64,000 bases of DNA from the NCBI GenBank assembly GCA_002811645.1, contig PDIP01000010.1, positions 124,001 through 188,000 on the forward strand. The letters run 5' to 3'. Shown piece after piece: positions 1 through 10,020 of the stretch. The notes under the pieces were generated by a model that had not been told where the DNA came from, did no database searches, and saw only the letters and a program-made list of their open reading frames with translations. The DNA is from Corallochytrium limacisporum Hawaii. Lineage: Eukaryota > Protista > Pluriformea. The position numbers and the translations under genes were made by a program. The first letter of the stretch is position 1; the number at the start of each line of letters is the position of its first letter.

Positions 1-2038
1 GACCAGCCCGACCGGCTCTCTGTTTGGCTTGGGGCTGAGAAATGGGCACCACAACCAGCTGGTCCATATTGTTCTTGGCCTGGAACACCTTCTGCTTCAC
101 AAATCCCGGATCCACGACGTAGTAAATGCCGTCAATAGTAATGGACGTTTCGGCAATGTTGGTGGCGATGACAACCTTCCGACTCCCCTTTGGCGTTGGC
201 TCGAATATGCGGCTTTGCATTTCACTCGGCAAAGCGGAATAGACAGGCAAGATTATCAGCTCTGGGACCGTGGATCCCAGCTGCTTCATCCGTTCGAAAA
301 GAATCTCACATGCAGTGTCAATCTCTTCCTGACCAGTCAGAAAAACAAGGATATCTCCAGCAGGCTCATTGAGATGAATTTGCATCACCGTGATCAATGC
401 CGCTTCTAGGTAGTCCGATTCGGGCTCATTCACATACATGACCTGAACTGGGAACGTCCTTCCGGGTATTGTGAAAATGGGAGCGGCCAGGAAGTACTCT
501 GAAAACTTTTCGGCCTCCAGGGTCGCACTGGTCACTATCAGTTTGAGGTCGGGCCTCGCCTTCACAGCTTTCTTCATCAAGCCAAATAGAACATCAGTAA
601 AAAGACCACGTTCGTGAGCTTCATCGAGGATGATACAAGAGTACTCATTCAATTCAGAATCGATTAAACATTCCCTCAGCATCATACCATCTGTCATGTA
701 CTTGATGCGCGTGGCTTTGGAGGTCATGTCATCGAAACGGATACTATAACCTACCTCTTCCCCCAACCGACATCCGTATTCGTCAGCAACACGTTGGGCT
801 ACCGACATTGCGGCAACTCGACGGGGTTGAGTACACGCAATTCTGCCTCTTCCAAGCCCCATTTCATCAATATACTGCGTCAACTGGGTGGTCTTGCCGG
901 AGCCGGTCTCTCCTATTACGATCAGAATTTGATTTTCTCGCACCGCATCCAGTAGCTCGGATTTGAGAGAGTATACAGGAAGAGACTGACGTTGCTTCGC
1001 AATTGTATCATTGGTTCGTCTTCCATAAGTGACATCCTTGCCAAAAGCCTTAGCCTTCCAGCTGCTCTGTCCACGAGCCCCAGCAACATTCTCATCGATT
1101 TCCTCCTTGAGCTTTCTCTGTTGTGCATTGGCCATGGGGTCGAGCCAGTTGCGGTCCAGCGCAACATCGTCGGCATTTTCAGCAAGTTCCGCCTTCAGTG
1201 CTGCATGCTTCTTTGCCTTACGTTCCTTTGCCAACTCGCCCGCCCTCACTGCTGCCATTTGCAGCTGACCATCCGGAGCACGCAAGACCTGAACATGGTC
1301 TGTGCCAGACTGGTCCTTGGCGTTCGTATTCTTTCGAAGAAATTTTTGTCCCTTCAGATACCGTGTGTGATCTTCCACAAGGTCGATCTCATAGTCTTGT
1401 TCATCGTCGCTCTCTTCTTCCTCACTTTCACTACGAGCAATGTCATCGTTTTCTGCACGAGAACCACTCAGGACTGTCCGGTCACGTACTCCTGCGGCGA
1501 CCAGTTGTCTTGCTTCCCATTTCTCATAGTCAGTGGCCTGATGCTTTGAACCACCATAACTGTCTACATTGCGATTCTCATTAAGGCCAAGTCTTGGTCC
1601 GATCGGCTCTGCGTTTGCGCCTGTGCGAACTGGACTAGCACGCCGATGAGGCCTGTCTCCTAGAGTTGGTGATCGACTTCGGCTCCGTACACGGGGTGCC
1701 TGCGATACCCTTACCTTGTTTACTATGTGTTTCGAGTCTCGGACATCTCGTCCATTTCTGCCGCCAGGCAACCTACTCAGTCCAGACTTCTCAGGAGCCA
1801 CAGCAGACGAAGGTTGTCCTCTGTATCTTGCTACCGAAGTGTAAATTTCTGACGCATCCTCTTGCGACAATGCACTGTCGCTTACTACACTCAATGCTTC
1901 TTGGAATGCATGAAAACTGTTCGCAGTGTCTGCTTCATGAAACACATACTCTGCGACATCCTTGTCATCCAACTGCAGCGCCCGCTTAAGGATCCGCTGT
2001 ACTTTTCTGATTACTGCGAGGCGCTTTACTTCATCCAT
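1..2038 (-). CDS. DHX8: Pre-mRNA splicing DEAH-box helicase Prp22/DHX8 (3' end runs off the window)
   Basis: Manual minus-strand translation from ATG 2038 ([14 protein letters not shown]...): [71 protein letters not shown]. Absent from the ORF track because no stop lies in the window. Confidence 0.93.
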   Translation of the reverse strand, partial: MDEVKRLAVIRKVQRILKRALQLDDKDVAEYVFHEADTANSFHAFQEALSVVSDSALSQEDASEIYTSVARYRGQPSSAVAPEKSGLSRLPGGRNGRDVRDSKHIVNKVRVSQAPRVRSRSRSPTLGDRPHRRASPVRTGANAEPIGPRLGLNENRNVDSYGGSKHQATDYEKWEARQLVAAGVRDRTVLSGSRAENDDIARSESEEEESDDEQDYEIDLVEDHTRYLKGQKFLRKNTNAKDQSGTDHVQVLRAPDGQLQMAAVRAGELAKERKAKKHAALKAELAENADDVALDRNWLDPMANAQQRKLKEEIDENVAGARGQSSWKAKAFGKDVTYGRRTNDTIAKQRQSLPVYSLKSELLDAVRENQILIVIGETGSGKTTQLTQYIDEMGLGRGRIACTQPRRVAAMSVAQRVADEYGCRLGEEVGYSIRFDDMTSKATRIKYMTDGMMLRECLIDSELNEYSCIILDEAHERGLFTDVLFGLMKKAVKARPDLKLIVTSATLEAEKFSEYFLAAPIFTIPGRTFPVQVMYVNEPESDYLEAALITVMQIHLNEPAGDILVFLTGQEEIDTACEILFERMKQLGSTVPELIILPVYSALPSEMQSRIFEPTPKGSRKVVIATNIAETSITIDGIYYVVDPGFVKQKVFQAKNNMDQLVVVPISQPQAKQRAGRAG

Positions 2039-3449
2039 TCGTCCCGTTCATTGTCACCTTGCTTGTGCAGATGTATAATTCCTTAGATGTATATCACACT
2101 GCAACACTTTCGAGCGAGCACGTAGGGAACACCTACATTGCAGAGCTTGGAATCCCTTGCTCCCAAAGTACCAGCACCGCCATGGACCACCCGGCACCAC
2201 ACTGCCGCGAAAACTGCAGCGACAATTCATTTCTTGGCGGGTCTCTCCTCAATAGCTGAAAACCTTGTTATATGAATTCTCGTGGTCGACAGCAATCTGA
2301 AGGTTGATCTGATGTTGGAGGAATCATGGCCATGCTCAACAAGGTTTGGGTGCGTTGGGTTCATTCCCCGCAATGCCAAGTATCTGCATGGGCAATCTAC
2401 CATAGTTAGTGTGAGAGGCTAAGGACGATGACCTGTCTGTCACAAGGGTGCCCATCCGGATCCGTCAGATATCCTTCAGAGCACTCTACCAACATCCCCT
2501 TCGACACAGCGGAAGCCCCGCATACTCCACGACAAAGGATGTTCTGAGGATACAATTTCCTATACCGATTCTTTCATGGTACGGAAAGTTCTCGCCTCTT
2601 GGGGGCTCGCCACAATACATGGCCCATCTACAGAGAGGTGGTGACACAAAGCGCAAATCCTTACAGCCCTATGCGATCCTCCTCAGTACTTCAAAGCCAG
2701 TGGCAGCGGTACCCCCATCTACTACAGCGTTGTGGTACTGAATTCTTCACCAATGGCTCGCTGTCTGAGGCTATGAACACGCTAGTTCGACATTCCACGT
2801 CTCCTTACATGCAGATGCCCACACCTTCAAACCGATAAAGTGGACGGCACTGGTTGCTCAGCATTCCATGACTTGGTTCCGCCCGCTATCGAGGGAACGC
2901 CCAACAGCTATTGTTGTCCCCTGGCGTTATAGAGAATCGGCGAGGTCGGTTCTGTACGGTGAGGAGAATGCTTGTTATTCGACTCCCGCCCGCCCCGGTG
3001 TTCCTTCGTTTCCTTTTTTTTTGGTTGCCAATTCATTTTTTCTTTTTTTTTGGCTTCGTGTAACCCCTATCTCGTTGGTCCGCCGAAGGGTTTCGAACTG
3101 TGATCCAACAGACATAGTTGAACCTACTGCAAGTACCCGAAAATGCCCAAGGGAAGGTTGGAAAGCAAGCCCGGGCAGAAACGATGAAAAAGTGAAGGAA
3201 CACCCGGGAAAATCACAAAAATAGGGACATCAGCGCTAATAGAGCTGTACCGAACAAGTGCAGATCGAATACCTACGAAGGAGAATACGAGAAAAGTCAG
3301 CAAGAAATGTCTTCAGGCCACCGTGGTCAGTACCCAAGCGGCAACCCCCGGGGGAGGGGGGGGGGGAGAACAGGCTACAGAAATCCCTTTCCTTTGGTCG
3401 GCTGGCCTAATTCGGTTGACCTCACCACGGACGTACCCTTTGGTAATAG

Positions 3450-3700
3450 CACCTGCAGTCCCAGTATGCAGAGAACGACCTGGGACTGCCAGCCAGCAGC
3501 CCGCCGCCCCGGGGCCTTCCTCGGGAAAGTTAATTCAGAGAGCCGGTTGGTCACTATTCGTTCGGGGATGGCTGGGATCCCGTCGATGACGGGTTTGCCA
3601 TTTCGGGCACAAATGCCGGGGGCAAGCCAGGTGAGCAGTAAGCTGGTCAGTTCCTAACGCGATAAGGGCACATACATACCGAGACGAGCGGGATGCTGAA
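3450..3700 (+). ncRNA. Structured RNA candidate, SRP (7SL) S-domain-like
   Basis: Nested pairings 3494-3506/3684-3698 and 3548-3562/3656-3672 branch into two hairpins (3563-3607; 3618-3654). Motifs CACTA..GTTCGG and CAGGT...AAGC.GGTC resemble SRP helices 5 and 8. G-U pairs favour the + strand. No clean GNRA loop or T-run terminator. Confidence 0.35.
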
Positions 3701-4987
3701 TGAGATCAAGATGCTCTAACATACATGGAAATCCACTCCCTCAGTGGCTGAGAGTGATGGCGAATGGATCGCAGTGTTGATTCTGAAAGTTGTGGAGCAT
3801 GGACAAATGAGTAATGGATACATGTCTTCAATCACGTCCCCGGTTGTCGATCGTCAATGTATTACATAAGAAGTAATGTATTGGTGGTTTGCTGGGGATC
3901 AACGCGTAATGTCCTGCCTGGCCCCCGAGCAAGAAGAGATCACAACATACCAGACTCAACACCCAAGGTCGCAACTCAACGTCGAGGAAGGGGCATTGAG
4001 AGAAGCGTCAGATGCAGCTGCTTCCGCAACTCAGGTACTCCTCCTATGTATTCGGGCATGCTGGATCATCCAGCTACATATATATTGTCTACAATATTTT
4101 CATTCTGCGGAGCTTGCGTTGGGCAGCTTCACTGGAGGCCTCTGAACACTAAATGTCTTGGAGCCTCTGGACCTTTCCCATCTTCCCTTTTCCCCTGTTC
4201 CTCCCTGCCTGTGCAGAATACCTTCGTCCCCGCTCTCGCGCAATCTCTCTCTGTCCCCCCTTCCTTTTTTTTTGGTTACGGCGGAACCTTCTTTGAAAAG
4301 AGGACCACGGTAAGTCACACAGAGTAGGGAGGTGGGAGTACCAGCAGTTGGCTGTGTGTGTGCGTATGTGTGTGCACGTTCGGCACTGGCCGCCGAACCC
4401 CACACACCCAAAAAGACATTTAAACGAACCCCCCCCCTTGGAATCGTTTCGTGCCTGCGGGCTTGCCTGCGAGGATACTGATTCCCTTAATACGCTGATA
4501 AAAGACCATAGAGTTATTACTGCGCACTGGACTGGCAGCAGGATATGCACCTATCGCATAGGAACCCGATGGGAAACCGTTCCTGTTCACCCAGGTCTTA
4601 CGCACTACTGGGAGCCGATCTATGTGGAATGATTCCTTCAAAAAAAGAACAACCGTTTTCCCCCCTTCCCCCTCTCCCTCCTCCCGTTCCGGTCCTCCGT
4701 CGCAGTCCTTCCTTCCTCTGCCCGTACTGAACCTGGGGAGGGTAACCTCCAAGTCTTTTTTGCGATCTGCGGGTTGATACACAACCTGTACCCGGGTAAA
4801 GTCGGAACCAAAAATTTCGGAGAACCGGATAGAACGCGTGATTTTGTTTTGGCCTCGATGTGATCGCTCGCGATGCGCCGGTGCAGGTACTTAAAGAAGT
4901 ACTGCGATTCCTGAATCACAGCAAAGTGTTTGTGAGTTACAGACAAACTGTCCGAACATAGCAAGTCATTCTTTACAACCGTCAATC

Positions 4988-5161
4988 ATGGGTTTCAGTA
5001 AGATGCTCAAGCAAAAGCTGGGCAAGAAGGAGAACTCCACCCATCTCAAGAACGCCAGCAAGGATGCTGCAAATGCCGCCAAGGCCTACAAGGCTGGTGA
5101 CAAGGAAGGCGCTAAGCGCGCCTCCAACGAGGCGATGGCTGACGTGAAGCAGATCCGCTAA
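4988..5161 (+). CDS. 57-aa Lys/Ala-rich hydrophilic microprotein
   Basis: ATG..TAA ORF MGFSKMLKQKLGKKENSTHLKNASKDAANAAKAYKAGDKEGAKRASNEAMADVKQIR. All Lys codons are AAG and third positions are C/G-rich, as in DLD. AT-rich 3' region follows. Confidence 0.75.
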   Translation: MGFSKMLKQKLGKKENSTHLKNASKDAANAAKAYKAGDKEGAKRASNEAMADVKQIR

Positions 5162-5262
5162 ATGTTTCTTAATACATACTTAACACATTCGTATGAATAT
5201 AGTTGTATCACCTTTTTAAGTTCTTTGTCCTTGTCATTGGCAGGTACTCTTCACCCACTGAG

Positions 5263-7500
5263 TTAGCGGATGAAGAGTATTTCTTGGTATTTAGCGATCG
5301 GCCATTCACTATCTGTAACGTGCATTTCTAGCCAATCGCAGATCTGACGGACCTCGTGAATCTTAGGGTAGATCATTTCCTGTACGAATATAACTTTGTC
5401 GGCATCATCTTCCACTCCTTCAACATCACGTAGTGCTGCGTCCAATCCCTGAACTTCAGCAACAAGGGCAGATACCTTCTCCGAACACGCTTTGAGCAGG
5501 GCTAGTTGCGGCATTAAAATTTCCAGATTGTTGGTTGTGAGGGCTTCGCGGACTGCGTTTACATTTTTGGCCATTTCGCCGCAGTGTCTCTGTCCTGTTG
5601 GAATTACCATGGTTCGCGCAATATTGGCAATGCACTCGCCCTCAATGAGACCCTTCTTGATCCACATTTGCCGCATGACGTGAACTCGGGACCGAACCTC
5701 CGCGGGAGAGTGAACACCCATCTTTAGGAACATATCCAGGTTCTTTTCCGCAGTCGCCAATTCCAGACAATCAGAAGTCAATGGGTAGAACGGCAAACCC
5801 CTCCTAATGGCCTCTTCATGCCATTCTGCACTGTAGTTGTTTCCGTTAAAGATGATGCGGTGGTGTTTACGGAATGTGTCACGGACTACCAACATGGCCT
5901 TTTCTCTGGCTGAAAACCTCTTGGATCCCGGCTTGTTGAGCAGGGCCTCGATCTCAAAGCGCATGTACTGCAACGATTCTGCAATCATGGTGTTCAACAC
6001 AATGGTTGGTGTGGCGGCACTCTGGCTGGAACCGAGACACCTGAACTCAAACTTTGTACCAGTAAAGGCAAGTGGAGATGTGCGATTGCGATCGGTCGTA
6101 TCGCGGGGCAGAGCAGGAATGGTCTCACCGAGGTTGAGAAATTCTTTGTAAGTAACGTCTTCCTCATCTGTATCGGCCACAGCCGAAATAACCTGCATGA
6201 TCAGAGCCTCGAGATCATTGCCGACGTGAATAGACATAATCGTGGGTGGCGCTTCGTCACAGCCGAGACGAAGGTCATTACCACTAGTGGCAATTGACCA
6301 CCGAAGAAGATCTGCATGAATGTCAACTGCCCGCATGACGGCCGCCAGATACAGCAGGAATGTCAAATTCGACGCCGGTCTCGGGCCTGGGTCCAACAGA
6401 TTCCGATGCTGTGAGTTGAAGAGACCATAGTTCAAGTGCTTACCGCTTCCATTGATGCTGGCAAAAGGCTTTTCGTGCAGCAAACAGATCATCCCGTACC
6501 GGGCACCTGCATCGCGGAGAATTTCCATGGTTAACAAATTGTGATCGTTGGCAAGAACAGCAGACTCGTACACGGGTGCAATTTCATACTGTCCGGGTGC
6601 CACCTCGTTATGGCGAACAACAGCGGGGACGCCAAGCTTCCACAATTCCATCTCTGCTTCCTGAAGCACAGCAAGGACGCGTGGATGGATGGTGCCAAAA
6701 TAATGATCTTCTAATTCTTGTCCCTTAGGAGGCAGTGCACCCACCAAAGTGCGGCCACAAGCAAGAAGATCTGGTCTAGATAAGAAATAGCCACGATCGA
6801 TGAGGAAGAATTCTTGTTCAATGCCCAAGTGTGGAATCACGCGCTCGCTTTCCGCGTCTCCCGTTAGTTTCAATAAAGACAAACTTTCCCGATTCAATGC
6901 TTCGATGCTTCGGATCAGAGGCGTTTTTTTATCCAAGGCTTCGCCAGTCCAGGAACAAAAGGCTGTAGGGACATATAACGTCGTCGACCCTCCTGGTCCA
7001 GGTCTGATGAATGCAGGAGTAGATGGATCCCATGCAGTGTAACCCCGAGCTTCAAAAGTTGTGCGCAATCCTCCTGATGGGAGAGAGCTGGCATCATTTT
7101 TTCCCTTCACAAGCTGACTACCAGAAAAGTCCATGATGGGCCGACAATTCTGGGAACGGTCCAGCTGCAGGAAACTTTCATGCTTCTCGGCCGTGGTACC
7201 ATTCAAAGGTTGAAACCAATGTGTAAAATGTGTCGCACCCTTGGCGATTGCCCAGTTCTTGATAGCATTTGCCACTACCTCAGCCAAGTCCTCGTCAAGG
7301 TGCGCATTACTGTCCTCGAATAGCTCCTGAAGCCGATTGTACGTCGCAGTAGGCAATGCCACTCGGAGTTTATCCTCTGTGAACACCCATTCATTGAACA
7401 CGTCGATTATGTCAGTCTCACTCAATTCCTTTCGCAGCACACCCCTGCTGGCCTCACTTTCCAGCATAGATTTGATAATATCCCATCTGGCCTGCTTCAT
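5263..7500 (-). CDS. glnN: Glutamine synthetase type III
   Basis: 745 aa with GSIII motifs THFTHWFQPL, TAEKHESF, SGGLRTTFEARGYTAWD, GIEQEFF, HNEVAPGQYE, HEKPF, NGSGKH, DRNRTSP. Confidence 0.95.
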   Translation of the reverse strand: MKQARWDIIKSMLESEASRGVLRKELSETDIIDVFNEWVFTEDKLRVALPTATYNRLQELFEDSNAHLDEDLAEVVANAIKNWAIAKGATHFTHWFQPLNGTTAEKHESFLQLDRSQNCRPIMDFSGSQLVKGKNDASSLPSGGLRTTFEARGYTAWDPSTPAFIRPGPGGSTTLYVPTAFCSWTGEALDKKTPLIRSIEALNRESLSLLKLTGDAESERVIPHLGIEQEFFLIDRGYFLSRPDLLACGRTLVGALPPKGQELEDHYFGTIHPRVLAVLQEAEMELWKLGVPAVVRHNEVAPGQYEIAPVYESAVLANDHNLLTMEILRDAGARYGMICLLHEKPFASINGSGKHLNYGLFNSQHRNLLDPGPRPASNLTFLLYLAAVMRAVDIHADLLRWSIATSGNDLRLGCDEAPPTIMSIHVGNDLEALIMQVISAVADTDEEDVTYKEFLNLGETIPALPRDTTDRNRTSPLAFTGTKFEFRCLGSSQSAATPTIVLNTMIAESLQYMRFEIEALLNKPGSKRFSAREKAMLVVRDTFRKHHRIIFNGNNYSAEWHEEAIRRGLPFYPLTSDCLELATAEKNLDMFLKMGVHSPAEVRSRVHVMRQMWIKKGLIEGECIANIARTMVIPTGQRHCGEMAKNVNAVREALTTNNLEILMPQLALLKACSEKVSALVAEVQGLDAALRDVEGVEDDADKVIFVQEMIYPKIHEVRQICDWLEMHVTDSEWPIAKYQEILFIR

Positions 7501-8061
7501 CGTGACTGATGTGTGCGGTACCGTATTCTAAAAGACGGGACTGCCTCCTTGGGTCTTGCTTAATTTTCACGTTTTGGGCAGTTGTGTATACCCTCACACC
7601 ATACTAAACACTGCGTTAGTATGCATCCTCAGCTCGATGAGCCTAATACAATGATACACATACCAGGATCATCGCCCACGCCCCCAAAGTACCCAGCAAA
7701 TTCCGACCAGTACAACAGCGCTGGCTCACTTAGGACTCGCCGCAAATTTGTGCGGGGCTGATTTTTTCCCAGCCCCTTCAGCTCAGCGCGTTTCTCGCTG
7801 GCGCGCCGCTTGGTCCCCACCCCCTCCCATTCGTTCCCTACGCGCTTACGTCCTTTCGTATTGCCGTTTACGCCGACTTTCTCAGCACCCGTTTGTTTAG
7901 GCGTCTGGGAGGCGCTACGAGAGGGGGGATGGAGGGGCGGTGTGTCACATCACAAACTCCGTAGTAGTATGGATTGATGGTGATTCTTTATTTTTACAAG
8001 CTCTTTATCATGGGTGGAGTGAATCATGTCATGGAGACGGTGTTCATGGTCTAGGACTGTG

Positions 8062-9474
8062 CTACTGGATAGTACATTTCTGCTTGTTTGGTGATTGCTT
8101 TGTGCCATTCTCAGCGCCACGTTTCGAGTACGACAGTAGATGTTTTCGGGAGTCTTCACCCAGTCCGTGTGCCTGCCAGCCGTTAAGATCTCTGACAACT
8201 TCCTGTCTGTCCCACAAGGCGAAGAAGTAGTACAGTGTCGCAGTAAATTGGCTTTTCTCAAGGAATTCGGCCTCTCTCAAATTGAAGTCCTTGAGGAGCA
8301 TGTCGACAATGGATTCACTGTCAAAGCCAACGAGATTAAGCACTTGGATACCCCGAAGCACAGCCACCCGGGGCACGAACTGTGATCGATCAATTTTTGG
8401 CGGACGACCACCGTTGAATGGTGTTGCCATCATGGTCTTGCCTATTGCCTGAACAAGTTGTTTCTTGCGCTGAAGATGTTGTACATCCTCGTCGTCATCG
8501 AAAGTTGCCAGCCTAATGGCGAATTCCATATCCAAGGCTTCAATATCTTCTGGTTGATACTCGGCAAAGCGGTTGTTGCGACAGAGCACATTCTCCCAGA
8601 GAACTGGATCAGCGAGAGCATTAAACACATCGTCCTCGTAGAGGAAGAGGAACTTGCGAAGCTCTCTTTGATAATAGGCGACGTACAATTTGATGACCAG
8701 CAAAACGTCCTGGAAGGTTAAATATCCCTTTGCATCCTGATCTAGAATATCGAAGAACGTGTACGTCATAGGATACGCCACATTAGCAATTGATGTCAAG
8801 AATTCTGCAAACGTTTCCTCTCCCATGATCAGTGAGTCCGATCCGTGTGTCGTGCCGGCGTCAGGCATGCTAAGCATACCCTGAAAGTCTTTGATATGAG
8901 CGGCCACAGATTGATACCACCTTCGAATTCCAACAATGGCGTCGTCCTTTGCGAGTATCTCTGTCCAGCTACGTTCCTCCAGGGCACCTTGCTCCTCGCT
9001 GGCGGCTTGTAATTGCCCTCTGTTATCTGTCAGTGATTCATTCGCCCGCTGTAATGTTGCGAACGATGACTTGCTGGGACTGTGGCCGGTGATCATCATA
9101 TCCATTGAACCCAACCGCCGGTCTACCCCAGGACTCGCAGGTGGAAGACTTATGTCACGTTCTGCTTCGTATGCCAGCTGATTGGTTGAAGTGAATCGCA
9201 TTATGGAGTCCCTTCGTAGTGCAGCTGCACCAGGAGCAGGGTCACCTAGAGCTTGTGAAAATTCAAGCACGTTAAAAGAGAATCGCCGGTCCCCCCGATA
9301 GTTGTTTGAAAGCAATGGCATCGAAGGCACACGAGTAACCGGCACATCGTCCGCCGACACAGTCGTTCCTCTGGTCTGTGTGTACATCTCAGCGGAATCG
9401 TCGCTAATTATGGAAGACAAAACCTGAACATACTCACGTTCCTCTGGGAGGAACGGCTTCCAAAGCAGCGCCAT
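8062..9474 (-). CDS. EF-hand protein, EFCAB9-like C-terminal half
   Basis: 470 aa. EF-hand FFDILDQDAKGYLTFQD followed by LLVIKLYVAYYQRELRKFLFLYEDDVF and LLKDFNLREAEFLEKSQF, matching the EFCAB9 pattern as recalled. Long disordered N-terminus. Confidence 0.6.
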   Translation of the reverse strand: MALLWKPFLPEEREYVQVLSSIISDDSAEMYTQTRGTTVSADDVPVTRVPSMPLLSNNYRGDRRFSFNVLEFSQALGDPAPGAAALRRDSIMRFTSTNQLAYEAERDISLPPASPGVDRRLGSMDMMITGHSPSKSSFATLQRANESLTDNRGQLQAASEEQGALEERSWTEILAKDDAIVGIRRWYQSVAAHIKDFQGMLSMPDAGTTHGSDSLIMGEETFAEFLTSIANVAYPMTYTFFDILDQDAKGYLTFQDVLLVIKLYVAYYQRELRKFLFLYEDDVFNALADPVLWENVLCRNNRFAEYQPEDIEALDMEFAIRLATFDDDEDVQHLQRKKQLVQAIGKTMMATPFNGGRPPKIDRSQFVPRVAVLRGIQVLNLVGFDSESIVDMLLKDFNLREAEFLEKSQFTATLYYFFALWDRQEVVRDLNGWQAHGLGEDSRKHLLSYSKRGAENGTKQSPNKQKCTIQ

Positions 9475-10020
9475 AGCTTTGCCGTAGATTCTTTAATCCC
9501 TCAGTAATAATTCCCATACATTTCGTGTTTCCTTATCTCTGGTACAAATCTCGTTTGATTTCGATGCCCATAAAACGAAGACGTGGTATACACGCGAGCA
9601 GTGAACCAGAAAATAGCAGTTCACCCGAGCGCCGGCTGTCCATTTTCCAGTCAGTCTTGCGTTCCTCCCGAGGCTCCCTTCATTGCTTATTTCGGGAGAG
9701 GAAGGCGTTGCAGTACCCCTTCGATTGGCTGCAGCGTTGCGAGGGAGAAGAAGGAGAAGGGGGGCTTCGGTTTCCCAAGTATCCCTGCCCCCCTCTCTGT
9801 CTTTTTCTCTTCGGGAGCGGCGCGAAACGTTCGGACGAGCCACCTGACGGGGCGCAGCGTACGGAGGAGCCCACCCTAAGGAGACGGCTCGCATACCGAC
9901 GTATATGAGGCCCAATAATCCGCTAAGTGTTGACAGCGTATGTATTGGGAGCGCGACTAGAGCTTCACATATGGCACTTCATCAATGAAATGATCATATG
10001 CTCTGTAAAACCGCGATATC

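Noticed and set aside
2975-3022. TTCGACTCCCGCC followed by a T run (possible tRNA 3' half); similar sequence at 13008
   Set aside because: No complementary 5' half nearby in normal or permuted order; more likely a GC-box/E2F-like promoter motif.
3050-3135. CACAGTTCGAAAC on the minus strand, resembling the tRNA T-arm/intron junction
   Set aside because: No matching 3' T-stem, acceptor stem, D-loop GG or U33 anticodon loop, and no T-run terminator.
3631-3666. 36-nt GTGAG..CTAAC..AAG intron-like string
   Set aside because: No flanking exons, and it lies inside the hairpin of the SRP-like candidate.
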